From: Gammaproteobacteria bacterium
GTDB taxonomy: Bacteria; Pseudomonadota; Gammaproteobacteria; Xanthomonadales; SZUA-5
DNA: 64,000 bases
Direction: 5' to 3'
NCBI GenBank assembly: GCA_030430155.1
Contig: JAUIFV010000003.1
Span: 7,166 to 71,165, forward strand
Shown: positions 54,777-63,383 of the stretch, piece after piece
How positions within the stretch are numbered: the first letter of the stretch is position 1
Layout of the letters: each line of letters opens with the position of its first letter
The notes under the pieces: model-generated
What the model was told of the DNA's origin: nothing
The model's database searches: none
Seen by the model: the letters and a program-made list of their open reading frames with translations, nothing else
Position numbers and translations under genes: made by a program

Positions 54777-57155
54777 ATGGGCCGAAATGGGTTTGTAGTG
54801 GGCCTCAGTCTGCTGCTGGCGGTGGCGCTGCCGGTGCGCGCGCTTGCGCCAATGACGCCCGATCACCACAGCAACACCGTCCCCTCTACGATTTGCCACT
54901 CCCAGCTAGGCGGCGCTGACGTCGACGACAACGTAGCTCCCTGGTGGCTGAGCGAGAATGCGCTGTGGGCGCTGGCCGGTGTGGGCGTACTGCTGGTGCT
55001 GCTGACCGTGGTCGGCCTGGACAAGCGTCGCCGTCAGCGTCGTGACTATGTTGACGCCCTGCGCCAGCGTGAGGATCGGCTCAAGCTGAGTCTGTGGGGC
55101 AGCGGCGACGGTTTCTGGGACTGGGACATTGCCAGCAACGAGATCCATCGCGAGGGCCTGGACCGGGTCCTGGGCATGACCGATTCCAGCGAAGTGATGG
55201 ACTTGAGCGACTGGAAGGCCGGGCAGGTGCATCCGGACGATTTGCAGGCGGTCAACGACCGGATCTACAAGCACGTCAACGGGCATACCGACTACTACGA
55301 ATCCGAACACCGGCTGCGCAGCGCCAACGGCAGCTGGGTCTGGGTGGTTGCCCGCGGCAAGGTGGTGGAAAGAGACAAGAACGGGGCGCCGCTGCGAGTG
55401 GCTGGTACGGTGCGCAACATCGAGAACGAACGCCGTCAGCAGCACGACGCGCGGGTTTCCACCGAGGTCATCCGCAACATGAGCGAGGCCGTTGCGGTAC
55501 TCGACGACAAGCAGCGCTTCCGTCAGGTCAACCCGGCCTTCGAGCAGGCCAACGGCTACCGCAGCGGTGATTTGATCGGCCAGCCGTGGTCGATGCTCAA
55601 CAGCCCGCGCAACGATGAGGAGCTGTATCGCGACCGCAACCAGGCGTTGGAGCAGGGCCGGCGTTGGCGCGGCGACTGCTGGCAGCGCGGCCGTTCCGGA
55701 GTGGATCTGCTGTTTGCCACCAACATCGTCCAGGCCCGCGATCACGACAGCGAAGCGCCCTACTACGTGGTGGTGCAAAACGACATCACCGAGCGCTATC
55801 GCACTGAGCAGGAACTGCGCTTTCTGGCCAACTACGACCCGCTCACCGGACTGGCCAATCGCACCCAGCTGATGCAGCGCATCGCCGCCGCGCTGCCGGA
55901 AGCGGCGCGCAACGGGCAGCGGCTGGCGCTACTGTTCATGGATCTGGATCGCTTCAAGCAGATCAATGATGCCCTGGGCCACACCGTCGGCGATGAGCTG
56001 CTCAAGGCGGTGGGCGACCGGATGCGCTCGAACCTGCCTGAGCACGCCTTTCTGGCCCGCCAGGGCGGTGACGAATTCACCATCCTGCTTGAAGAGCCCT
56101 GCAGCGAAGCCGACTGCGAGCAGATCGCCGGCGGCCTGATCGTGGCCTTCGCCGAACCCATCCTGGTCCGCGGCAACGAGGTCCCGGTCACCCCCAGCAT
56201 CGGCATCGCGCTATTTCCCGATCACGCCGACAATCCGGCCGATTTGCTGCGCTTTGCCGACGGCGCGATGTACGCGGCCAAGGCGGCCGGGCGCAACGCC
56301 TTCCGCTTCTTTCGCAAGGAAATGTCCAGCGGCAGCCGCCTCGGTATCGCGCTGGAGCAGAGCGCGCGGCACAGCGACGGACTGGGCGATTTCCATCTGC
56401 ACTATCAGCCCATCTACGCGGTCCCGGAGATGCGCCCGGTGGCGGTGGAGGCGCTACTGCGCTGGTCGCACCCGGAGTTGGGCCATGTCGCCCCGGACGT
56501 ATTCATCCCGCTGTTGGAAGAAAGCGGATCGATCGTTGATGTGGGCCGCAACGTCATTCGCCAGGCCCTGAATCAGCTCGCTCGGTGGCGCGCCGACGGC
56601 CTGCCGGAGCTGCGCGTGGCGGTGAACCTGTCGACCCTGCAGCTGCTGCGGCTGGAACTATGCGCCGACATCCGCGCCGCCCTGGCCGAGGCCAACCTGC
56701 CCGGGAACGCCCTGGAGCTGGAACTCACCGAAACCCTGGTAATGAGCAATCCCGAACAGGCCATCCGCACCTTGAGCGAGCTGAAGAGCCTGGGCGTGGT
56801 GATCGCCATCGATGATTTCGGCACCGGCTATTCATCGCTGAGCTATCTCAAGCGGCTGCCCATCGACAAGCTGAAGATCGACCGCGAGTTCATCGGCGAT
56901 CTGCAGGACGACCCGGAGGATGCGGTGATCGTGCGCACCATGCTGGCGATGGCCAAGGCGCTGAACATACGAGCCACCGCCGAAGGCGTCGAAGAGCAGG
57001 CCCAGCTGCGCTTCCTGCAGGATCACCAGTGCGAAGAGGCGCAGGGTTTCCTACTCTGCCGACCGCTGCCGGCGACAGCCTGTTTCAACGCCCTCGCGCC
57101 GGCACAGCAACAGCAAGCGGCAGCGGCGCCGGAATCCCGACTGGACTATTCCTGA
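54777..57155 (+). CDS. PAS-PAS-GGDEF-EAL c-di-GMP turnover protein with N-terminal signal/TM region
   Basis: ORF 54534..57155 trimmed to the ATG at 54777 (MGRNGFVVGLSLLLAVALPV, preceded by GGGAGC); 54750 is also possible. PAS-like regions: FWDWDIASNEIHRE...HRLRSANGSWVWVVARGKVV and a second one. GGDEF motif RQGGDEFTILLE with no RxxD at the I-site position. EAL motifs VEALLRWSHPELG and DDFGTGYSSLSYLKRLPIDKLKID. Confidence 0.88.
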   Translation: MGRNGFVVGLSLLLAVALPVRALAPMTPDHHSNTVPSTICHSQLGGADVDDNVAPWWLSENALWALAGVGVLLVLLTVVGLDKRRRQRRDYVDALRQREDRLKLSLWGSGDGFWDWDIASNEIHREGLDRVLGMTDSSEVMDLSDWKAGQVHPDDLQAVNDRIYKHVNGHTDYYESEHRLRSANGSWVWVVARGKVVERDKNGAPLRVAGTVRNIENERRQQHDARVSTEVIRNMSEAVAVLDDKQRFRQVNPAFEQANGYRSGDLIGQPWSMLNSPRNDEELYRDRNQALEQGRRWRGDCWQRGRSGVDLLFATNIVQARDHDSEAPYYVVVQNDITERYRTEQELRFLANYDPLTGLANRTQLMQRIAAALPEAARNGQRLALLFMDLDRFKQINDALGHTVGDELLKAVGDRMRSNLPEHAFLARQGGDEFTILLEEPCSEADCEQIAGGLIVAFAEPILVRGNEVPVTPSIGIALFPDHADNPADLLRFADGAMYAAKAAGRNAFRFFRKEMSSGSRLGIALEQSARHSDGLGDFHLHYQPIYAVPEMRPVAVEALLRWSHPELGHVAPDVFIPLLEESGSIVDVGRNVIRQALNQLARWRADGLPELRVAVNLSTLQLLRLELCADIRAALAEANLPGNALELELTETLVMSNPEQAIRTLSELKSLGVVIAIDDFGTGYSSLSYLKRLPIDKLKIDREFIGDLQDDPEDAVIVRTMLAMAKALNIRATAEGVEEQAQLRFLQDHQCEEAQGFLLCRPLPATACFNALAPAQQQQAAAAPESRLDYS

Positions 57156-57688
57156 TCCGCCGCCGGCTTCTCGCTCCGAGTCGCCAGCTCGGCCTTGATG
57201 AACGGGCGGTAGTCGACAAAATCGGTGTGCGCCGCGACCTTGCCGTCGACCACCCGCAGCATCACGATCATCGGCACTTTGGAATGAATCTCGCGACCGG
57301 GTAGGCGCAGATCCCAAGCCAACGTGCCCTCATAGAATGCGTACTCGCCCGAATACATGCTGCGCAGGCTGTCAAAGCGCATCTGCAGCGCCGCATAGTC
57401 GCGCCTGAAGCTTTGCATCAGCACCGCCTTGCCGCTACGCGGCGGCGGCTCACCAAACACCGGCAGCGCGGTGGGATCGCTGAAATGTATCGCCTCGTCA
57501 GCCAGCGTCTCCAAGGTCTCCCAGTCCTTATCGAAATAGGCCTGCGCATAGCGGTCGGCAATGGCCTGGGTCGCTGCGGTGTGGTCGGTGTAGCCCTGCT
57601 TGGCGCTGGCCACGCTGGCTAGCAGCATCAGGCAGACCGCGCCGATGGCGCGGGCCGGGTGGATCAGGTCGGTCATCTTCATCAGCAT
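57146..57688 (-). CDS. secreted SnoaL/NTF2-like fold protein
   Basis: ORF trimmed to MLMKMTDLIHPARAIGAVCLMLLASVASA (signal peptide). IADRYAQAYFDKDWETLETLADEAIHFSDP is typical of SnoaL-like domains. The 3' end overlaps the convergent GGDEF-EAL gene by 10 nt. Confidence 0.6.
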   Translation of the reverse strand: MLMKMTDLIHPARAIGAVCLMLLASVASAKQGYTDHTAATQAIADRYAQAYFDKDWETLETLADEAIHFSDPTALPVFGEPPPRSGKAVLMQSFRRDYAALQMRFDSLRSMYSGEYAFYEGTLAWDLRLPGREIHSKVPMIVMLRVVDGKVAAHTDFVDYRPFIKAELATRSEKPAADQE

Positions 57689-57901
57689 ACTCAGCGTCTT
57701 GATGGCGACCAGCCTAGAACCAGCCGCCGCCTTGCGCTGCGGATTGGGATCAAACCCGGCTCTGCGGTGAGCAAAGGGCGTGACGAGGTGAGCGATATTG
57801 CCGAGCATTCGCGCTAGCGGGATGGCATCCTGCCCGCGTCCAGCTCGGTTCTGGGCCGGGGATCAGGTGCAATGCCGGCGAGACGCCGGCGGTCCTAGCC
57901 T

Positions 57902-57943
57902 GAGCCCTGGGCCCTGAGCCCGCCCTGAGCCCTGGGCCCTCGC
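57902..57943. repeat. second cluster of the GAGCCCTGGGCCC motif
   Basis: gagccctgggccctgagcc at 57902-57920 and gagccctgggccctcgc at 57927-57943, in the intergenic region downstream of the GGDEF gene. Confidence 0.6.
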
Positions 57944-57951
57944 TCCCAGCC

Positions 57952-59619
57952 CTATCCCGAAGCTGCCGTCGCCATCCCATCAGTGCTGGCATCAGCCAAA
58001 CCCACGGCCACCTGGTTGCGTCCGCTGGCCTTGGCCCGGTACAGCGCCTTGTCGGCACGCGAGAGCGCCTTCTCAATGGCGCTGGCTTCGTTCTCTACTG
58101 CCGCCACGCCGATGCTGATAGTGGTCTTGATGGCCTGCTCGGCCACCGTCACGGTCAACCCAGCAACATCGGTGCAGAGCCGATTGGCGACCTGTTCGGC
58201 CTGCTGCACATTGCAACCGACCAGCAGCATGGCGTACTCCTCGCCGCCCAGACGGCCGAGCACGTCGGCCTGGCGCAGATCGCGATTCAGCGCCGCGCTG
58301 ACCGCCTTGATCACCTCGTCGCCAGCGGCGTGGCCGTAGCGATCGTTGATCTGCTTGAAGCTGTCGATATCCATCATCAGCATGCTCATCGCATCACCCA
58401 GGCTTTGATGCAGCTCCAAGGTGGACCCGGCCAGCGCCATGAACTGGCGACGGTTGTACAAACCGCTGAGACTGTCGGTGGTAGCCAGGTCATAGAGCTG
58501 TTTGTTGAGCTGCTCCAACTCCAGATTGGCGCGGGTGCGCAGCGCGTTCAGGCGCATCAGGAAGAAGGCGGCAGTCAACAGCACCAGCATCACGCCGGTG
58601 ATCAGCCACATCGATTCGCGCTGCGCGTCGATGGTCTGATTCTTGGTCTGCAGCATGCTGCGCTGGCGCTCGATTTCTTCCAGCTGCTGTTGCAATACCG
58701 CCTTGCCGTCCGCGATATCGCCTTCCAGCTCGGCTATCTGCGCCTCGCCCTGGCGCACCTGTGCCTCCTGCTCTGCCAGCTCCTGCTGCTTGGCAGCGAA
58801 CTCACGCTGCTGCTCGCTCAGCTGAGCCTGGAAGCGTTCGGATTCCACGCTGGCCGTGGCGATGTCGTCGCCGAGCCTGTCCAGCTGCTGCTGGGTATGC
58901 GCCAGCGCGCGCTGGTCCCGCTGTAGCGCAGTGGTGGCCTCGCGCAGACTTTCGGCATTGCGCGCCAGCTGCTGATCCAGCTCCAGCAAACGCTGCTCCT
59001 TGCTCGCCACTTCTTCCAGCAGCCCCTGCAGCCGCGACTGTTTCAGGCGCAGCTCGTCGGACAGATCCTCGCGCGTACCGGCAAACTCGAGCAGGGCGAT
59101 GGATGGGATGAATCCACGGCTGATCAAGTTCTCACGATTCAGCCGCATCTCCACCTGGCCGCCGACCTCCACCATGCTCACCATCTGGGTCTCGCGCGGC
59201 ACATTGCCGTCGACCACGATCAGCGTCTGCGGCGCCTGCTCGTTCCACTGCGCATGCAGGCTGCGAAATTCCTCGCCCAGGTAGACCGCCGCATAGGCCG
59301 CCGGATCGATCTCGGCGCTGCTGAAATAGCTCAAGCGCAGCGGCTTGCCCGCCACGCTCGTCTCACCGAGCCGCTCAAAAGCGCGCCGGGTGGCGCGGCG
59401 ACTGCTGACGACGGCAATCCGGTACTGATCCAGATCGACGCCATCGGGCCAGCTCACATGGCGGACCACCTCGACCAGATAGCGCGCCTTGGCGTCGTCC
59501 AGGGTGAGGGTTTGGGCAAGAATCTGGCTGCTTAACCACACCGCGAGCACTGCCACAGCCGAGACCAGTTGCCGGCTTATACCGATACGACTTGGCGGTT
59601 TGCGGACGCGGCGCGACAT
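57952..59619 (-). CDS. diguanylate cyclase with N-terminal YfiR-like (DUF4154) periplasmic domain, long coiled coil, TM helix and GGDEF domain (GGEEY variant)
   Basis: ORF trimmed to MSRRVRKPPSRIGISRQLVSAVAVLAVWLSSQILA. AKARYLVEVVRHVSWPDG..YRIAVVSS..VAGKPLRLSYF..AVYLGEE follows the DUF4154/YfiR pattern. About 170 aa are Q/E/L-rich coiled coil. TM helix: MWLITGVMLVLLTAAFFLM. GGDEF domain: SGLYNRRQF...RLGGEEYAML with RxxD (RQAD) at the I-site position. Confidence 0.8.
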   Translation of the reverse strand: MSRRVRKPPSRIGISRQLVSAVAVLAVWLSSQILAQTLTLDDAKARYLVEVVRHVSWPDGVDLDQYRIAVVSSRRATRRAFERLGETSVAGKPLRLSYFSSAEIDPAAYAAVYLGEEFRSLHAQWNEQAPQTLIVVDGNVPRETQMVSMVEVGGQVEMRLNRENLISRGFIPSIALLEFAGTREDLSDELRLKQSRLQGLLEEVASKEQRLLELDQQLARNAESLREATTALQRDQRALAHTQQQLDRLGDDIATASVESERFQAQLSEQQREFAAKQQELAEQEAQVRQGEAQIAELEGDIADGKAVLQQQLEEIERQRSMLQTKNQTIDAQRESMWLITGVMLVLLTAAFFLMRLNALRTRANLELEQLNKQLYDLATTDSLSGLYNRRQFMALAGSTLELHQSLGDAMSMLMMDIDSFKQINDRYGHAAGDEVIKAVSAALNRDLRQADVLGRLGGEEYAMLLVGCNVQQAEQVANRLCTDVAGLTVTVAEQAIKTTISIGVAAVENEASAIEKALSRADKALYRAKASGRNQVAVGLADASTDGMATAASG

Positions 59620-59655
59620 ATCGCCATGATATCCGCTCCGGGCAGCGCCCATCCG

Positions 59656-59817
59656 CTAGTGTGGTGAACCGCAACGTTTAACACTTTCCGATGGATTTTT
59701 TCCTGAGGCAAGGCGCGAGGAGGAGGCATAGCAGGGCTATGGCGACGACGAGCAACGCCGCAGTCAGGAACGGCTCACTAGCGCGGTGAGATCAAGGTGT
59801 GCGGTTCACCACACTAG
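59656..59817. mobile_element. MITE-like element copy B (162 bp)
   Basis: Left end ctagtgtggtgaaccgcaacg. The reverse complement of the right end is ctagtgtggtgaaccgcacac. The internal aggcgcgaggaggaggcatagc...ggctcactagcgcggtgagatcaag is homologous to copy A. Same orientation as copy A. Confidence 0.7.
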
Positions 59818-59851
59818 TGTGCTGTCCACTCTCTAGCGGCTGCGAGCCGTA

Positions 59852-60793
59852 CTACTGACATGGCACCCCGAGCAGCCCTTCAACCAACCGGACGTAGCTG
59901 TAGCTGCCGCTTTCACCGTCGTTGCTGCTCCAATCGAAACTGATTTCCGTACAGGAGAGAAAGCGGAAGGTTGCACTACCCCAGGGAATGTACTGGACGT
60001 CGGCTGGATTGAAGGCTGAGCCGAAATTGGCTCCAGCCGTGATCAGCAGCGGTACCGTTACGCTGGTGTCGTCGGCGGCGAAATCGACGTTGCCGATGAT
60101 CCAGCGCTGCATGCCGTTGATATAGGTGTACCAGCTGACGAAAAGGACCCGACGATCGCCGACGCGACCGATTTCGATGAACAGCCCTTCGCCAGGACGG
60201 GCCGCATCGTAGTAGCTACCGCTCAAATTGCCGCTGGGACTGCGAAACTGACCGCCGCCCGGATAGAGGCTGGGATCATAGGCGGCGACGCTGAGCATCA
60301 GGTCCGGCGTGGGACTGTCCTGCTCGTAGGTGAACACAAAAGCCAGGTCGTCATCAAAGTTGAATGCGCCGTCGACCTCACGAATCAGCACCGAAGTGGC
60401 CGCGCTGATCGGTCCGCACAGGGTGGCCCCGTTGCCGTTGGCGTCGGTACTCAGGAAGAAGTCGTCGCTGGTCACTCCGCCTTGGGTGATCTCCATGTCA
60501 TTGGCGCAGATCTGCGGACTGCCGGCCAGCGGGGTGAAGGTCAGGATCAACTGCCCATCGTTGCCGGAGCACGGCCGGCGCCAGATCACCATACGGAAGC
60601 GCTCGCCGGCTACGCGCTGGATCTCGGCAGTCACTTCGGGCCCGCTGGGGGTGGTCGGCAACGGATTGGCCAGACAGCCCGGGGTGATCTCCTTTGCCGA
60701 CGCCGACGATGGCGTCGCGGCCTGCAGGTTGCCCGCCGACACCAGCATCAGCGCAATCGCCGCTACCCCGACTCGCCATGTGCTCCCGCTCAT
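59852..60793 (-). CDS. secreted protein of unknown function
   Basis: ORF trimmed to the ATG at 60793, preceded by AAGGAGG. It starts MSGSTWRVGVAAIALMLVSAGNLQA (signal peptide). Cys-containing N-half; C-half has SGSYYDAARPGEGLFIEI..VLFVSWYTY..QRWIIG. Confidence 0.65.
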   Translation of the reverse strand: MSGSTWRVGVAAIALMLVSAGNLQAATPSSASAKEITPGCLANPLPTTPSGPEVTAEIQRVAGERFRMVIWRRPCSGNDGQLILTFTPLAGSPQICANDMEITQGGVTSDDFFLSTDANGNGATLCGPISAATSVLIREVDGAFNFDDDLAFVFTYEQDSPTPDLMLSVAAYDPSLYPGGGQFRSPSGNLSGSYYDAARPGEGLFIEIGRVGDRRVLFVSWYTYINGMQRWIIGNVDFAADDTSVTVPLLITAGANFGSAFNPADVQYIPWGSATFRFLSCTEISFDWSSNDGESGSYSYVRLVEGLLGVPCQ

Positions 60794-60982
60794 TCCCGCC
60801 TCCTTCGTGCACCCATCGCGCAACCCAGTATTAGCACGATGAGAGCACAAAAGTGACTCCGCGGTTGCGAGCTAGTTCTTTACCCTCAGCTTCCCTGGGC
60901 GGATATCCCTACTTTCAGTTGGCCAATCCCTGGCCACGCGTTTCATTGAATAGTTGCGGGCTCGGCTGCCCTTTAGTTCGGG

Positions 60983-63121
60983 CTAGAACTGCCAACTCAC
61001 CTGCACTCGAGCGGTGCGCGGCGCGCCGACGGTGACCTGGTGGGTGCTGTGCGCGTTGGGGAAGTACAGCTCGTCGGTCAGATTCTCCACGTTCAACTGC
61101 AGGCGCAGCGCGTCGCTGACGTCGTAGTAGGCGGCCGCGTCTACCCGGGTGTAGTCGGGCAGTTCGGCGGTGTTGCCATTGTTGATGAAGCTGTCGTCCT
61201 GATAGGTCAGCCCCAAGCCCAGCCCGAAGCGCTCCGTGGCCTGGAAGTGGTTCCAGATTGCAAACATGTGCTCCGGGAGTTCCGCTGGACGCAGGCCAGT
61301 CGGCCCCGAGCGATCAACCTGTTCGCCGTCCAAGTGACTGTAACCGGCGGTCATGAACCAGCGCTCGGTCAGATTGCCCTTGAGCTGCAGCTCAAAGCCG
61401 TCGATCTCCGAATCGATCACGTCCAGCGTTGCCGGATCATTGTCGGCCACTTGCGGCGAGCTCTGCTCGATCTCAAACAGGCTGGCGGTCAGGCTTAGCC
61501 CTTGGGCGAAATCCCACTTCAGGCCAATCTCGCGGTTCTTGAAAGTGTTGGGATCGAGCGCATTGTTGTTGCCGTTGATGTTGGCGAACTGCTCGCCGCT
61601 GCGCGGCTCGAAGGATTCGCTGTAGCTGGCGTACACGGAGATGTTCTCTTGCGGCTTGAAGATCAGGCCGGCGCGCGGAGAGACCTCGTCGTCCTCGCGG
61701 CTCCGGGTCTCGTTGGCGGGGACATTGAAGACCTCGATATCAAAGCTGTCGAAGCGCGCACCCAGAATCACCTGCAGCCAGTCATTGACCCGGATTTCGT
61801 CCTGCAGATAGACCGAGAACACGTCGATATCGACTCGGGTGTCGTCATTCAAGTCGGCCGTGAAGTCATTGCGGGTGGGCATCCCGGAGGCATTTACGCC
61901 GACCCCGCCACGCAGCTGCAGCGGCCGGGCGATACTGAAGATCTCATTGTCGTCCGAGGTGGTGTCCCAGAAGGAATTGAAGCGATCCTGATCCGAGGAG
62001 GTGTCGATAAACTCCACGCCGCCGATCAGTGTGTGCTTCATCTGGCCGGTGGCAAACTCGCCGATCAAATTCGCCGACAGGATCAGATTCTCGCGCTGAG
62101 TGGTGTCTACATAGCCATCCAGCGTGACCACGTCCGGGGTGCTGGCCTGGTTGTAGCCGGAAACGTAGAAGTTCTGATAGAGCTTGTCGTAGTCGCCGTA
62201 GAATGCGCTGAAATTGCCCTTCAGGCTGGAGGAGAACTCATGCTGCAGGGTGGCTCGCAGCAGATGCGCCTCCAGCTCGGTGGTGTTGAGCTCCGGGTCG
62301 GCGAAGACTATGTTCTCGAAGGCCTCTACGGGGCGGCCATCACTACCAGTGGGGATGCCTCTGTCGATAAAGCGCTGGTGATCCACGTACTCGTAGGACA
62401 GATCCAGTGTCGTCGCCGAGCTGATCGCCAGCTTCGCGGTCGGATTGAAGCCTATGCGGTCGCCGTCGTAGAAATCGCGGTGGTTGTCCAGGCTCTCGTA
62501 CATGGCATTGAGGCGGAAGGCGTAGCGATCGCCATCGGAATAGTTGCCGTCGTACTGAATGCCGAACTCGCCGAACTCGTCGCCGCGCACCTGCAAACCG
62601 TTGAAGGTCTCGCCCAGCACCCCCTTCTTGGTCACCCGGTTAAGGATGCCGCCGGTGCCACCGCGACCGAACAGCAGCGCGTTGGGGCCGCGCAGGATCT
62701 CCACCTGCTCCAGGTTGTATAGCGGCCGGTAGTACTGCACGTCGTCGCGCATGCCGTCGATGAAGAAATCGGCGGTGGAGCGCACGCCGCGAAACACCAC
62801 CGCGTCGCGATGCCCTTCGCCCTGCGTGGTATTGACGCCCGGCGTGTAATCGATGATGTCGCCGATGCTGGTCCATCCGCGCACTTCGATTTCGTCGGCG
62901 GTGACGATGGACAGACTCTGCGGCACGTTGATGATTGGCGTCGGGGTCCGCAGCGCATTGATCTGATCGCTGTAGAGCACCTGACCGACGACCTCCACGC
63001 GATCCAACCGACTGGCCTCGGAGTCGCTCGTGCCGGCGCTGTCCTGTGCCGCGGCGGTGGTTGTGACGAAGGCAAACGCCATCGCAGCCGTGCCGAATTG
63101 GCGGGCAGTATTTGCTGTCAT
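60983..63121 (-). CDS. TonB-dependent outer-membrane receptor (siderophore-receptor-like)
   Basis: 712-aa ORF with a signal peptide, plug domain (LDRVEVVGQ.., PGVNTTQGEGHRDAVVFRG, LEQVEILRGPNALLFGRGGTGGILN), a long beta-barrel and terminal ..RVQVSWQF. Confidence 0.9.
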   Translation of the reverse strand: MTANTARQFGTAAMAFAFVTTTAAAQDSAGTSDSEASRLDRVEVVGQVLYSDQINALRTPTPIINVPQSLSIVTADEIEVRGWTSIGDIIDYTPGVNTTQGEGHRDAVVFRGVRSTADFFIDGMRDDVQYYRPLYNLEQVEILRGPNALLFGRGGTGGILNRVTKKGVLGETFNGLQVRGDEFGEFGIQYDGNYSDGDRYAFRLNAMYESLDNHRDFYDGDRIGFNPTAKLAISSATTLDLSYEYVDHQRFIDRGIPTGSDGRPVEAFENIVFADPELNTTELEAHLLRATLQHEFSSSLKGNFSAFYGDYDKLYQNFYVSGYNQASTPDVVTLDGYVDTTQRENLILSANLIGEFATGQMKHTLIGGVEFIDTSSDQDRFNSFWDTTSDDNEIFSIARPLQLRGGVGVNASGMPTRNDFTADLNDDTRVDIDVFSVYLQDEIRVNDWLQVILGARFDSFDIEVFNVPANETRSREDDEVSPRAGLIFKPQENISVYASYSESFEPRSGEQFANINGNNNALDPNTFKNREIGLKWDFAQGLSLTASLFEIEQSSPQVADNDPATLDVIDSEIDGFELQLKGNLTERWFMTAGYSHLDGEQVDRSGPTGLRPAELPEHMFAIWNHFQATERFGLGLGLTYQDDSFINNGNTAELPDYTRVDAAAYYDVSDALRLQLNVENLTDELYFPNAHSTHQVTVGAPRTARVQVSWQF

Positions 63122-63170
63122 TGAGAGGGACTCGGGTGTTAAGAATTTGTGTGGAGATGCTAGCTGAAAT

Positions 63171-63189
63171 GCGAATGCACATCAATCAC
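63171..63189 (-). promoter_or_regulatory. possible Fur box upstream of the TonB-dependent receptor
   Basis: The minus-strand 19-mer GTGATTGATGTGCATTCGC matches GATAATGATAATCATTATC at 11 of 19 positions by my hand alignment. It lies 50-68 nt upstream of the start codon. Confidence 0.3.
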
Positions 63190-63221
63190 GTTGGTTGTTG
63201 CGGCGGCAATGAGCTGGACGG

Positions 63222-63252
63222 AACCAAAGAAGCTTGCCGGCATGATGCCGGC
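63222..63252 (-). terminator. possible terminator of the upstream partial ORF
   Basis: Palindrome gccggcat-g-atgccggc (63236-63252), followed on the minus strand by aagcttctttgg (moderately T-rich). Confidence 0.35.
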
Positions 63253-63383
63253 GCCCCTTGAGAGCGGACCGGGCTAGATCCCTGCCCCGGCGCCAGTGAC
63301 GCTGCAGCTCGCATCAGTGCCGACGGCCGAAACGCGCCGACTCTCGCCGGCGTCACTCCAGTCCCGGCATTCTCGCTGCACCA

